A stretch of DNA of 63,531 nt, counting the filler, from Bigelowiella natans CCMP2755 (taxonomy: Eukaryota; Protista; Cercozoa), in the NCBI GenBank assembly GCA_000320545.1. It is 4 parts of 4 records of this genome, joined end to end, with 100 filler letters (N's around TTAATTAATTAA, not from the genome) between each part and the next. Parts side by side here need not be neighbours in the genome. Positions count along the whole stretch, not along the records: positions 31,450 to 49,822 come from ADNK01002183.1; positions 49,923 to 57,893 come from ADNK01002156.1; positions 57,994 to 63,531 come from ADNK01000117.1; 1 more part is not named here. One strand, 5' to 3'. The notes beneath the pieces were generated by a model. It saw nothing but the letters and a program-made list of their open reading frames with translations, was not told where the DNA came from and made no database searches. A program made the translations under genes and the position numbers. Shown piece after piece: positions 49,261-62,375 of the stretch. The number at the start of each line of letters is the position of its first letter. Position 1 is the first letter of the stretch.

Positions 49261-49268
49261 ACATGTTA

Positions 49269-49750
49269 TCATCTCTTCGGAAATTCATATCTGTAGAAGT
49301 TATACATGGCAGCGTCGTCAGGATCATCGGTTCCAGTTGCGGAGTCAGGAGCTGGGCCCTGCACCTTCGCAACCTTGAATAAGATGTCCTGGGGAGCAGT
49401 GAGAGAGAGAGAGAAAGAGAGAGAGGGGGGGGGGGGGGGGACGAAGTCAAATCATACAACCATAAACAACCCATAAACCTCACCATATCTACGATCTGCC
49501 TCCTCACGCCAACTATCAACAACTTCATCATCATCATTTCATTCTTCCATCATGATTGATAGCGGTGGCAAGACTGTTGGCATCTCACTCCATCAAGGGG
49601 AGGATATCGAGCAGTACGTTCATCCAACCCTCTCGTTCGTTGCCCCCTCTCCCCCCCTCCCCCCTCCAACGGGATTACTTCTAGCTTTTTGCTTCTCCTT
49701 CTCCGCGTCATGAGGATGTTGGGCGCTGCCCTTATCTTTGGATCAGAAAA
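49269..49750 (-). CDS. 3'-terminal exons of an unidentified gene (truncated by the contig end)
   Basis: Acceptor CCCCAG| followed by DILFKVAKVQGPAPDSATGTDDPDDAAMYNFYRYEFPKR*. Confidence 0.4.
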
Positions 49751-49822
49751 AGGTGGGGTTATCTTTCAGCAAAAGAAGGGGGGCTGAGGGGGGGGGGGGG
49801 GGGTTCGACGAATTCTACGACA

Positions 49823-49922
49823 NNNNNNNNNNNNNNNNNNNNNNNNNNNNNNNNNNNNNNNNNNNNTTAATTAATTAANNNNNNNNNNNNNNNNNNNNNN
49901 NNNNNNNNNNNNNNNNNNNNNN
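49823..49922. other. Artificial contig linker
   Basis: N44-TTAATTAATTAA-N44. Confidence 0.97.
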
Positions 49923-49979
49923 AAAATTTTTTACCCCCCCCCGGGGGGGGGTTTGGGGGGGGGGGCGAACGGGCAGCGG

Positions 49980-50153
49980 CGAGTGGAAGTTTTGCGGCAC
50001 ATGTTTCTCTCTTGTGGTCTTTAGTGGTGAACGCGTGAGCGCGTTTCTTGATTTATATTTACACAATTGCACAGCTAAACACACCAGATACACGCATATA
50101 CATAACATAACTACCAAATAAACCTAATATATATATATATATACCAAATAAAC

Positions 50154-50193
<40 letters not shown>

Positions 50194-53100
50194 TATATAT
50201 ATATGTTTCTAGAGTGTCTAAGCAAATGCCGGAGGGATAGACCCCAGTTCTTCTGTACCTTTCTGATTGCACGTTGGACATCCATCACCTGTTAGTATGC
50301 AGAATGTGGGTATGCGCGCATGTGTGTGTGTGTGTGTGTGTGCTTTCATTTACTCGATGATTCGTATCCAAATCTTCCACAAATATGTACTACCTGTCGT
50401 TCGGAGCTACCCAGAAGCCTTCGTTTAGCCTGTTTTTGATAGATACAGCACTTGAGTTACGAAGAAAAAGACAGAAAGAAAGAAAGAAAGAAAGGAGGAA
50501 AGAAAGATAGATAGATAGATAGAGGGAGGAAGAGAGAGGAGACAGTAATAAAGCTGGTTGAGGCGACGAATATGCCGATGGATATATGCTAACGGTCACG
50601 ACAAGCGAAAGTACGAGTAGTGACAAAATTGGGGGGGGAAAGGGAAGGGAGTGAGGCAGATCTTTCTTACAGCTGCGAGACGTCGGGAAACAGCTTTTGC
50701 ATCGCCTCTTACACGTGTCTGACCAATAAATCGAAAAATCGTTCCGTCTCGATGTTGCTTTCAAAATTTCTCATTGCAACACAGCAGCACAAAATCAACG
50801 GATGTAGTACCCTGATGTTTGTTAGCTCGTGAATCACTTCTTTCGCCTGGGAAGTGAGCTGCGTCGCACGCCATCAGTAGCAACGACAACGATCAAGGCC
50901 ACGAGCAAACATCGACGAACATACACAAATATCAGCATAGCTCCACAGAATTGAGGAAACATTCGATGACATTTACACGAAGGCTCAGAGCTTGACACTA
51001 AAGTATGCGGAGAAGACCAAGAGGCGCGTGCGTGCATGTGCGCGCGTGTGTGCGTGTGTGTGAAAGGTGAAGTGAACAAGGGAAAACATATCAACCGGCT
51101 TCTTCTTCTTCCTCCCGATCTTCGATCTATTTAGTAGGGAAACAGGGGATGATTATAAGTAGGCATCGGACAAACTGCTTTAGAAGTTTTTTGAATTTCC
51201 AAAGTTATTCCCCTGGTGAGACTCTTCGGTCTTATCTTCCCAGATTCGTCTGTGCAGCTGTTATTGTACATACTTTGGCCTTCTGGAGACGCCAAGGAGG
51301 GAGGGATGCCTTCCGCCTGCATGGAACCGTCCTCTTAACGCTACTGTCTTCACTCGCGAGCCTAAGACTCTTCTAGGCTTCTTCTGCATGCTCTTTTTCT
51401 TTTTCTTCTTATTCTTTCTGTTAGGGTGGTTCAGAAGGGGGGGGGAAGAGGAAATGAGAGACAAGATCCTGACCACACGAAAAGACGCAAGAATTTCCCG
51501 CCAAAAAGTCGGCCCGAGTGAATCAAAGCTACACGTGCGCAATTGAGAATTTTAAAGATACAGAAAAAACGTGCGTAATCATATGTGTGTCTTCTGACAC
51601 GGAAGCAAGACTCAAATTACACTAACTTCTTGGTAGCCTTCATCATTCTTAGTGCCTTCTCTCCACCATTTTTCACTTCTGAGAGCAGAAGATGCGGAAT
51701 CACTGTTTCCGACTCCTGCTGCATGGAGATCATCCAAACATTATATTAGAATTGATTTGTCTATCCGTGGCAAATTATGTGGAAAAGTATCTTTCATTTC
51801 AGTGGCGGGGGGAGAGGTACTCGGCGACAAATCGTATATTAAAAACACAAGCTGCGCTTCTCAGCCACAAAAACTACATACTTCTTTCTGGTCTTGTCGC
51901 TTTGCGCCTGCATCTTCGTCATCGTCATCCTCCCCCACCGCTCCCTGTCGGTACTCATCTGACCCGTGCTGCTGCTGCTGGGGATGGCTTGGGTAGTTGT
52001 CGTCGTTCGGATGTCGGTGATGTTGGTATCGATGCCGGGCATCATCATTTCCATAGTTTCGGTTCTCATCGTTCGTGTATTCAGACGTGTCTAAGTCGTG
52101 CTCTCCAGACTGAAAGAAGACAGCAGGAAGAAGATGATGAACAAGATTTAAGGGGGTTGTTGGAAGAGTTAATTGCGAGCGAACACAGGGCATTCACGAT
52201 TGAATGGATAGGATCTATTTGGCACGACCTCCTCATCACTGTCCTCCTGACTCGGTTCATCACCACACAGTTTCTGCCGGATCTGTTGCACAACAAAGTT
52301 TTTATCACTTCTTCGCAGCAATAACGGTATAGAGGTTTGATTCCTCGCACCCTCTTCTAAAACCCAAATTCGCAAACCGCGCACCTCTTCCAAAGCTTCT
52401 ATCTCAGACAGCGCACGGGCCTCGTTAGGGTCAACCTGCCAGAGGTAGGGAGGGGGGATTGGATACGAAATATGTTGCATGAGGATGATAACCACCAAAC
52501 ACGCGTTCATTCGCCTCCTTCGTCGCTCGTCCCCAACAAAAGTTCTATCACACAGCAGCACCTCTTCATTGGGAGAGCCATCATCAGCTAAAAGCTGCCC
52601 AATGTCTTCCATCTCCTTCTGTTCGCGAGTTTGGTACTGGTTGTTATTTCGTACAAAGGGGAGGGGGGAGAGCTAGGATTAGATGCCGAGTTGATGGTAC
52701 GGAGAGAGAGAGAGAGAGAGAGAGATAGAGAGAGAGAGAGGGAGAGGGAGAGATAATAATATACAGAGTACTCAAGAAGATGGGGTAGTCCTCACTTATC
52801 AGTTACTGTTGTCGCCATAAGACTACCATTTCTTTTAATCTAGAAGATCATTTTGACAAATTTACCCGGAGCACAGCTTCGGCAGTTTCACACACGATCT
52901 CCAACATGTTGAGGCACGTTTCCACGTCACCATTGCTCACCTGTCCGCAAAAATAGATAGACTCTATGAAATGGAGGGGGGGACGGGGACTAATAGTGAC
53001 GTCGATGATGTGTTCGCAGACAATTCACATCTTCCTTTCGAACGGAGTATTTGCTCCCTCCCTCACCCACTGCCTTTACACCGACCGCTTTGGATTGGAT

Positions 53101-53837
53101 GTGGTCCAAAGATATGCCAGGAACCACGCTCTTGATCACGCGGACACAGAGTCTAATTCGTAGGCACATGTGAGCGGTTGATTGTTGACATTTGCACTAG
53201 TTGATGCGATTGCAAAGATGGATGACCCAGACAGGTCACACCAGTAAATGATTCTCACACGAAAACATCGGCGAACAAGAATATTCTCTTCTTATATAAA
53301 AAGCACCAAAATCATCACCTCGCATTGTGCTCATGGTCGCTCATGAATAGGGGCGTTTGAATCACCCCTTCAATATCACAATCAAGTATTGACCTAGGAA
53401 GAAAATGCACGGGAAGAGATGCCATATTGTTTTATTCAATGATTCTTTCTTTTGAGGGATACATGGAGTTGGGGTGTACAGGGAAAAGACGGATAATAGA
53501 GGAGAAGAGGAGATGCAAGACGTACTCGAGAATGCCGAGGGCAAAGACGCTGCACACATCGATCAAGTTTGTTATCGTGACCTGTTCAGCATCAGATACG
53601 CAGTACATATGTAAATAGATTCTGCGTCAGTTGATGAACCAGAATTTATCAGATTTAACCCCGAAACCATCATGAAAAAGATACCGTTCCCTACTCTCTG
53701 TTATCAGCTCGTATCGAATTGAAGACCCCTCACACACCGAGCTTTCCACCCCACACCCGTACCTGCTTTCCATCGGAAATGCCGAGTTCCTGATGAAGCG
53801 CACGTATGCGCTTGATAAGGCGAGCTGCCCTAGACAT
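49980..53837 (-). CDS. CEP95-like centrosomal protein (N-terminal CH-like DUF5745 domain); 3' end probably truncated
   Basis: Five in-phase exons give MSRAARLIKRIRALHQELGISDGKQ|VTITNLIDVCSVFALGILE|SILDCDIEGVIQTPLFMSDHEHNAR|LCVRVIKSVVPGISLDHIQSKA|VSNGDVETCLNMLEIV. This parallels the CEP95 N-terminus as I recall it (SILG..VPDLIVIP...DDAHNV...SLSHI.G..IV.GD...I.NLLEIF). Acidic and coiled-coil exons follow. Confidence 0.7.
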
Positions 53838-54308
53838 GGAAAGGCGGGGAAAACGGCGTGGGAGAGGGCCCAAGAGGGGGACGTCGTACTGATCGCAGAG
53901 GCAGTTATAAACGGGTACACCAACGGTTACTTAAAGTAGCACTATTGTTGCAATTCTTGCTTCGATATTTCCGGCTTAATTTCTGTCCTAGAAGTTAATG
54001 GCCGGCCATGTACAAAAGGTTGGAAATATGTATTTTGCGACAATGATTCGGAAGCCTTCTTTCAAAACGGCAGGGGATTCCATCCTTGCGTCTGGGATCG
54101 ACTCCGAAGAAATTAAATCTGATTAAAAATAAATAGCCGAAAATGGCCTGTATTTCAATAGAAAAGGAAAGAATTCAGGATGTTTTGCAGTATTTTGCAA
54201 GCAAAAGCACGTATCTGCAGGTGTTCCGTTTCTTATAACTGAAACTTCCACTCCCAAGCCGAGAACATCGGAAGCTTCCAGGAAGTATCCGGTCCCCACG
54301 AGCGAGCG

Positions 54309-55154
54309 ATGACTGAGTTCGTGGTTCCCCGCTCTGTCATTGACGGAACTGGCGAGAAAAAGCGCTTGCCACAGGCTGCCGATCAATACTGTACGTGAAA
54401 TGATAGGGTAGACATGATGGTCTCCATTGTCCAATTCTCGGTCTTTCTCGAGTCCGCTCTCGTGCTTGAATTATGTGTGTGTGTGTGTGTGTGTGTGTTT
54501 TGGCCGGTTGCAGTCTCCCGGGCACACCATAACCCGAAGTCGTACGACCGAATCGAAAACTGGCTCCCTGATGTGGAGCAGTTCACATTCAAGACAGTCA
54601 TGGTGCCTATCAGCGGCGCTCAAGCCCACGCCATACTAAAATTTCGAGATGAGGTCAAGCTGCGAGCTGCGGTCCGCGACCAGGAGAGGCGAGAGGCGTC
54701 GACTAAAGGAGCAGACGACGGTAAAAGTAAAGGTAGCTATAAAGTACAAGAGGAGAGCAAGTCGGTGGCGGACGAATACGCCGAGAAAAGCATCAACAGC
54801 AACATATTTTTGGTAGTATTTACCAGAGGGCAACGTTTCTTTTGACTTACGAATCGAATCTCCGAAGTTCTGAAATGCAGTAACATCGCATTCTTAGGAT
54901 CAAACTTACGAATTTTTGATGCAAGACTGGGCTCGTGACCCTGAAGTAAGTGTCGAAAGCAAGCATAGATCGATTTTTTTTTTAGAAACAAACGATGCAA
55001 CCAATCACTTGATTGCGAATTAATATCTGTAGGTAAATTCATGGCGCCAGAGCTTGGAGGATCTTCAAAATGATCTCGACAAGGCTATCAAAATCGTTGC
55101 AAAAGGTAAAATGCCCTCACCATGATCCCGGTCTGGTACATATGCTCGTAGAAG

Positions 55155-55186
<32 letters not shown>

Positions 55187-55960
55187 GAAGGGGGGCAATC
55201 TGCAATAGTGACGGCACTCAGGATCCGAAGTCAATTTATAAGCCGATGTGCTTCTTGGGATGATGTTAACACAAACACCCAGTAGAAGTAGGAAGTTTGC
55301 CGTTCGTTAGAAGACTGTGCACCATACGTTCAGAGCCCGGCGGCAGCAGACAGGGTGCATTCGTGAAGCTCTCAACAAGATCTCCCAAGGATGCCAGCCT
55401 GAACATGACCAAGACATACGACTACATAAGGGCGCGACTCAAGGAGTCAAAGCTTCGCCTTACCAGCGACGGAAAAATCACAAAGGAGATCGTGAGGGAG
55501 GACCTTAGTCTCATCAACGAGGCATGCGCGAACGTCATATTCTTTCCTCATCTAGCTCATGCTGTACTCTTTGTGCTGACATGAGGTTGTCAATGAGCCA
55601 TGTAGCTACCATCCGTTGAAGCACGCACATAGTAGAATATGATGAGAGGCCCCCCCCCCCCCCCCCCCCCCCCTTCCTATTTTCTTACAGAGTCTCTGCG
55701 TGCGAAGCGGGCAGGAGGCGCTTCGGTTGATTTTGGAATCTGATCGAGCTCATAGCGACATTACAGCTAATCGGATGTATCTAGAGGAGGGGGAGCGCTT
55801 CAATCTTAAGATCGCAGTGCGGGAGTGGTGCGAAGAATATGAAACTGACTGGGAGGTAGTGGAAAGAAGATAAACAAGGAGCCACCTTGTCTCACGAGTT
55901 TTTGAAAAACATTCAAAGCACCGAGCTTTCATCTGCGGGTTTCTTTTCATCAACGTCGCC

Positions 55961-56013
<53 letters not shown>

Positions 56014-56749
56014 ATTTCGCTCGTTGTTTCACCGTTTCTTATTCGTCTGTGCATAGTTCCGACTTTTCGTCATGGACGGGGAGCCGACCGCTTTGACGAT
56101 ATACAACGACTTCTTCTTCGACGAGAGAATCGTTGCGCACAAGGCCGAGATCGAAAAGCAAATCATGCAGCTGTGGGAAAGAGTGCGAGATCGAATCCAC
56201 CGCAAGTCGCAGAACTACTGCATAGACTTTGCCTTGGCAGCCTCGCTGGAGAAGATATTTATCATCGAAGTAAACAACTTCGTGGCACCCGTTGCAGGAT
56301 CTGGGCTCTTTGACTACCACAAAGAGGCAGATCGAAAGGTGCTCCGTAGTGTGCATGTTTTACAAAAGGGAAGAACTCACCCACCCTCGCCAAATACACA
56401 CACACATCACATCACATCACATCACATTACATACGCTGCGCGCGCCAAGCGGTTTTATTTTTTTTTTACACAATTCCAAGCTTACCGGTGTCCTGTCGTA
56501 CACAACTGTCATTAGTAGTGTTCGCCACCGAGCAATGACATGTATTACTATCAGCTGCTGGAAGAGGGGCCGTTTTCGTTCCGAATTCGCACCAAACCTT
56601 TAAAGAATCATGCAATAGAGGTGGAGGGGGTCGGCTTTCGAACAATACACCCCCCTCTCACACGGATGATGATGAATGAGCGGCTGCAATACGTGACCGA
56701 GAAAACTATGGCTACCTCGCTTAATATAGGATCTTGTACCATTTTATGA
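54309..56749 (+). CDS. Cdc123/D123-like (R2K clade) ATP-grasp protein ending in a CaaX motif
   Basis: IENW...FTFKT; GAFVKLSTRSPKDA; LILESDRAHSDI; IAVREW...WE|FRLFV; YCIDF; FIIEVNNF...GSGLFDY..EAD; C-terminus ...GSCTIL*. Confidence 0.85.
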
Positions 56750-56799
56750 AAAAATTGTGCATTTCTTCATTGGTGGGTTTTTGTCATGTGAAAGCATTC

Positions 56800-57560
56800 C
56801 CGGCTCGATGCTAAATATAGAACATGGATTACACAGCAAACCGTGTGTACAACGAGTACGGCTATTTGTCTAGATTATTCACACTTAGTCTGTATCATAT
56901 CTATTCTACTTCCAATGTCGCACACCGTTATTCAAAGGTATATTGCTATGCGTCGTGGCATTTGTCGCATTAATGTGGATGGGAGCGTGTGCTCGTAATA
57001 TTGCGCAAAAGATCGACTGAATGCGTGGAGATAACTACTGTACAACCTCATTCACCTTTGCTGCCCATTTGGAGTGTGCAGTATAACAGCGTGATGTCAC
57101 ATTAGCGCTGGTGAGCATGCAACACATCTAGACATGCTATCATAGTTTTAAATATTTTGCCGTAGTTGTACATCGGCTTTAATTCTCGCAGACTCGCGGC
57201 TATATGGCTGTCACATTTCCTTAATTGTAGCTATACGCTGCTTCCACGACACCATGATCCAGGACATTTCATGTCATCTAAGGGTGTGCTATGGAGAGAG
57301 AGCTTGCTAATTTTGGCGCATATGTGACGTGCAAGCATGCGCTAGCTATAGCTTTTGCGTTGGCATCGTGGGCCTATCTAGTAGCTATGCGTATCTAGCG
57401 TATGCTAGCTAGATGGGTAGGCGTCTAGATGAGGTGTACACATAGCGAAAGCTTCCACTCTGTCTTTGAGTACATGGTACAAGCATGTTGCTCTTGCTAG
57501 ATTCAATCATAGGATCTCCAGATGCAAGCAGCGCGCAGGATTGCACATACTACGGAAAAC
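56800..57560. repeat. Decayed intergenic repeat block (GCTAGC/CATG-rich)
   Basis: Same composition class as 20370-21200, lying between convergent 3' ends. Confidence 0.4.
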
Positions 57561-57652
57561 ATCTCAAAATAAAATCAAATACATAGCACAATTTCACAAT
57601 AATAACGATAATAATGATAATAATAATGATGATAACAATTTTGTGTCGCTTA

Positions 57653-57860
57653 TTATTCACAAATGGTCTCACGTTTCAATATCGGAGATCCACCATTACG
57701 CACGGCGCTGTGGCCCCTGTGATATTCTACGAGGTAGCTGTAGCCTAGCTTGATGCTTTCCAGCACACCACTGCCATATCTATTTATTTTCTTTAGATCT
57801 GCAAAGTTACTCTTTCTTCGGCTTAAGCGATTTGATGAACTTCGCCAACGCTCCGGTACC
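57653..57860 (-). CDS. 3'-terminal exons of an unidentified gene
   Basis: Possible spliced reading GTGALAKFIKSLKPKK|DYLVEYHRGHSAVRNGGSPILKRETICE*. Confidence 0.3.
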
Positions 57861-57893
57861 TTCAGATTGCACACACACACACACACTACACAC

Positions 57894-57993
57894 NNNNNNN
57901 NNNNNNNNNNNNNNNNNNNNNNNNNNNNNNNNNNNNNTTAATTAATTAANNNNNNNNNNNNNNNNNNNNNNNNNNNNNNNNNNNNNNNNNNNN
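57894..57993. other. Artificial contig linker
   Basis: N44-TTAATTAATTAA-N44. Confidence 0.97.
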
Positions 57994-58129
57994 GAGAGAG
58001 AGAGAGGAAGGAAGGGGGAGGGGGGGAGCGTGTTGTCGTTCTATTACCACCCATCCACAGAGGAGGAGGATTAGTAGAAGTAGTAGTGGTGGTGGTGGTG
58101 TTGGTGGTGGCGGCAGTAGTGCAATTACA

Positions 58130-59240
58130 TCTCATACATCGCTCAGCTGCGGACGTATCAGTCCTCGCCCATGATGATACTACTACACCGTAGCCACCAC
58201 CTACCTAAAGACCCACATACATACCGAGCACGCACTCAGATATAGAGAATACCTCCTCGCATCAGGCATTGCAAAATGTCCTCCTGCGCCATGAGTGCTC
58301 TCCCATTTTCTTCAGTCTGCTTGATTGACATCTGACGAATGGTGTGAATATACAGCTTTGGATCGGTTGGGTCGCACGGCAAAATGTGCTATCGTTCGCC
58401 GGGAGCTGCTCGTAAAATTGCCTCCTCTGTTATGCCTGGTAGTGAGCCGCTAATGGCGCAACATGCACACGCGAGCGCGGAATATTCGTCGTGCAAGCGA
58501 CGGAATAGGAAAACGCGGATATACAAAATGTGGTCAGCATGCTGCTGTACAGCGCAATGGGGAAAATAAAGATGAGAGATGGAATACGCCCCTATTGCCT
58601 TGTCCGACCTCCTTCCCTCCCTGCCTCTCTACCTCTCTGTCTCTCTGTCTCTCTGTCTCTCAGCATCTGCAGCGTCGGTACGGCTCCATGAAGATCAGCG
58701 ACTTTGTCAAGGTAGAAGTAAAAGCATTTGCGTTCTCTATGTCTCAAAAACCATCCACACGAAACGATACAACGACGGCGGCGACGTTGATGACGACTCG
58801 CAACTCCCTCCCCCCCCCCCCCCCTCTCCCCCGCTCCTTCTGTTTCTCACTCTGAAATCCGAAATTGAAAATTCTCCGGCCTGGTAAATTAAGAACAATG
58901 ACCTTCTTCTCCACAATCAATGAATTGGCACGGGATAGCAAATGATTTCTCTGTGTTTTCGCTCCCCTTCGCTATCGGTCGTCTCACCTCCTCGCTCATC
59001 AACATCATCCTCTCCCTCTTCTTCTGCCACTAGTTCCCGTTGTTCTTGGACATGTCGGAGGTTGTTGGCCCCTCTCTCGTGCACCTGCGTGCGCAGGTAG
59101 TAGTAGTAGTAGTAGCGGTGGTGAGTAACAGTAGTGGTAGTTACATGGGTGAGAAACAGGAGTTTGATGATAAGGACCCCATGCTGCAGTAGCCGATGAA
59201 AGGGAGGGAGAGAGAGAGAGAACGACCGGATGATATTTAA

Positions 59241-59272
<32 letters not shown>

Positions 59273-59375
59273 AGATTTTCAATATTGTCTTCGTGCTACC
59301 ATCAGCACGCAGATGTTTATTACAAGTCGATAAAGTATTTCGTATGTGGCTCCCAACCCCCACTGACTTCTCTCT

Positions 59376-59455
<80 letters not shown>

Positions 59456-60253
59456 AAAAACCAGGACACAAACGAAGACAATTCCAAGGGCGGTCAAGCG
59501 CGATCATCATCAGAAGGAGGGGGAGAGGCGGCTAAGCTGGTGGAAGGGCGTAGCAATGGGGGGCTCTCTTTCATGTTTGCACTTGCCGCTGTCATCGAGC
59601 ACAAAGGGGTTGCGACATGCAGCATAATATGAGAAAGAGGGGGGGAGAGGGGGGGTGAGGGTGGGGGTGAGAGGAGAGTAAATCCTCTGGCTACATACTC
59701 CGATTTGTCTCTCAACTTCATCCTTCTATATCCTTCCAGGGAGCCCAGTCCGGCCATTACGTCACCTATCGTAGGCAGAACATGCTGCTGCGCCGCCGTC
59801 GCCCTCCTAGAGACCATTTGAAGGAGAATAGTGACAACGACGGGAGAGGGCCAACAGAGAGAGCACAACGTTGTAACCACAGCGCTGATTAGGGGGTGTT
59901 CGGGCATTAATGCGGGGCGTTAAGTGATGGACGAGAGGGGGGGGGGATAGCGAGATTAGCTTCACTATCTAGAGTGAATAGAGATTCAGTTCGCTTATAA
60001 TTTATCATGCCCTGTTTTATTGTGGTGGTGGTTGTGGTGGTGGCGGCATAAACGTGTGTAGAGGAGCAATGGGAGGACGCGAAAAGTGACATTCTCGCGA
60101 ATATGAAACGCGTTCAAAGCTCGAAGTGGTTCTTGTAAGTGCTCACAAATCACAACCGTAAAAAAGAAGATGCGCGCGTGTGCAATACTTGAGAGGGAGA
60201 GAGAGGGGGGGGGGGGGGGAGAGCCTCCAACAGAAGACGAGGATGTATATCAT

Positions 60254-60295
<42 letters not shown>

Positions 60296-60520
60296 CGTCT
60301 ATTAATCTCCTCCTTTTTTCTTCTCAACAGCGCTTCAGATTCAGCAGTATCCGAGGTGAGTTTAAGCAGAGTTCTTCAGTCCCAGGTAATGTTGTCGACG
60401 TTGTCTCTCGGTCAGTCGGTGTAGCGCAATAACCATCTGCTTCATTTCTGAAATCACACAAACATCCAGGCCTATCTGTTGTTCTACGAACGTCTCGATG
60501 TCGGAAGGTACGACTTGGGC
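58130..60520 (-). CDS. Unidentified multi-exon gene (partial)
   Basis: Exon-like segments between microsatellite-containing introns (QMVSRRATAAQQHVLPTIGDVMAGLGSLEGYRRMKL; VHERGANNLRHVQEQRELVAEEEGEDD; MSIKQTEENGRALMAQEDIL). No family recognised. Confidence 0.4.
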
Positions 60521-61969
60521 GAATAAGAATGAAAACGACTCGCTGTGCGACAGAACGCAGGATGAATGCGTGGTGCGTAGAACCCGCAGTGCTATTAGCG
60601 TGTGGTAGTGTACGTTTAAGCTCAGAATTCGGCGTAGATAAATGATTCATGTATACGACATGTATGTGCGTGGGTGCGCACGCGCGCGCGTCTGTGCTAT
60701 GTACATGTTACATACGTATGGGACAGATGACATTACACTACTAGCAGCTTAACGCTCCACGTTCGCAATGGCGCTTTACGACACTAACAAAAACTCGCAT
60801 ATGATCATGTTGAATAACGCACAAATTCGACACATGCATTTCGACATGGCATGCATGCTCCAAGCTAGCAAGCGCGATGTCTACGTCAGCTGTTCAAGTG
60901 TATCATTTTGCTGTGTGCGCAGGCATAGATCAACAGTTACAAATGCAAGTCACAGCTACGCACAAGCATGCGTGGCTCAGCTCGTGAAAACATGAACCCA
61001 ATACCATGTTGCATGTGCAGCGTGATTCTAATTTGTTTAACAGGGTTTCAATTGATTTCTAATTTGCGGGAATTTATTGCGTTGTCACGCAGCTTGATCA
61101 GCAAATGGTGACATCGTGCATACAAATCACAGACATAGCCTAGCTGCGTTGATTGAACATCCTCATCAAGCCATTACCGATAATTCATCAACAATCTAAA
61201 GCAATCTTGCAGGTTTCTAGTTTGTGTTGTGGGACGGATGCAGTATTTCATTGTTTTTTTCCAATCGTCATTTTAACAATGCACATGCGTAGCTTTGAAT
61301 TTGTTCGCAGTCTTTGCAATTGTACTTCGTGTTTTTTTTTCCGGAATCCTTTCCAACTTGTTTTGCGTAGTTGCGATCGAGTGCTGCGAGAAACTCATTA
61401 CTTGTCAACATTGCGTTGTGTTACGCGTCTGCACCTCACCATTCTACATCACTAGTGCGCATTCTGTTACTACTGGTGAAGCCAATGACAATAGACATGG
61501 TATATATCATATATACCGGTCTATAGTAATGAACTTAATACCAAATGGTGTCATAATGAGCGCAACAAGTACGTACACATATAAGCGCGTATCAGACTAA
61601 CCTGAGAGTTCATTCACATAAACAACAGTGACAGTGAAAACTGTGGTGCGGCCAACATAAGCTCTATTAAGTGGCTGTGGATTTTTTGTAATCACGTTAC
61701 GTTTGCTAGCATTCCACGCAAGCTTTGCAGCTAACGCTACGGGTCAGTCACATCTAATGCCATGTTTCACACGCGATCTGCGCTTGTACGTGCATTGTAT
61801 GCGAGACAGAATCTTATTGTCGCGCATCTGCGACGAATCGTTTATAAATTTTAAGTGATTTCTACACGTCTCATTTCTTCGGCATTACTATGTGCTGTGT
61901 CGACTAATTGCGCCACTGATAAGAACACACATCTGTTGTCATTCATAATTATTACTCGGAGACCATTAT

Positions 61970-62100
61970 TCATCTGTTTAATTCGCACCAGTCATTAAAT
62001 GCCTTGACTGCAGCATTGTCGCTCTTACTTTTTTGAGCAAATAATGGCCACCTCGATTCGAACGCTGGCCTGTTACCCCCGCCCGTAGTACCCCCACCAA

Positions 62101-62132
<32 letters not shown>

Positions 62133-62340
62133 TCAGCAGAGGGGGCGTCTCTGCTTCTAAGTGTTGCTGGGATGATTAAAGGATCCAAGCCTCCGCACGT
62201 GATCTTTAGCGCTAGGGGTTCAGGCTGGGAAAGAGAGGCAAGATTATTCAAAACCCTTATGGGGTGTGGAGGAGCAGCGAGCAGCGGAGGAAAAAATATA
62301 GACCAAAGCGGTTGCGAATGGGTACTACTACTGCTGCTAT

Positions 62341-62375
<35 letters not shown>

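Noticed and set aside
49269-53837. Joining the 49269-49750 terminal exons to the CEP95-like gene
   Set aside because: They are separated by an artificial linker, so continuity is unsupported.
31350-57993. Three identical TTAATTAATTAA palindromes in N runs as a biological motif
   Set aside because: They are exactly 100-bp six-frame-stop linkers used to concatenate contigs, so they are artefacts.
58270-58330. SET domain call from MSIKQTEENGRALMAQEDI
   Set aside because: Only a weak N-terminal resemblance, and no NHSC or ELxxxY motif is visible before the contig ends.
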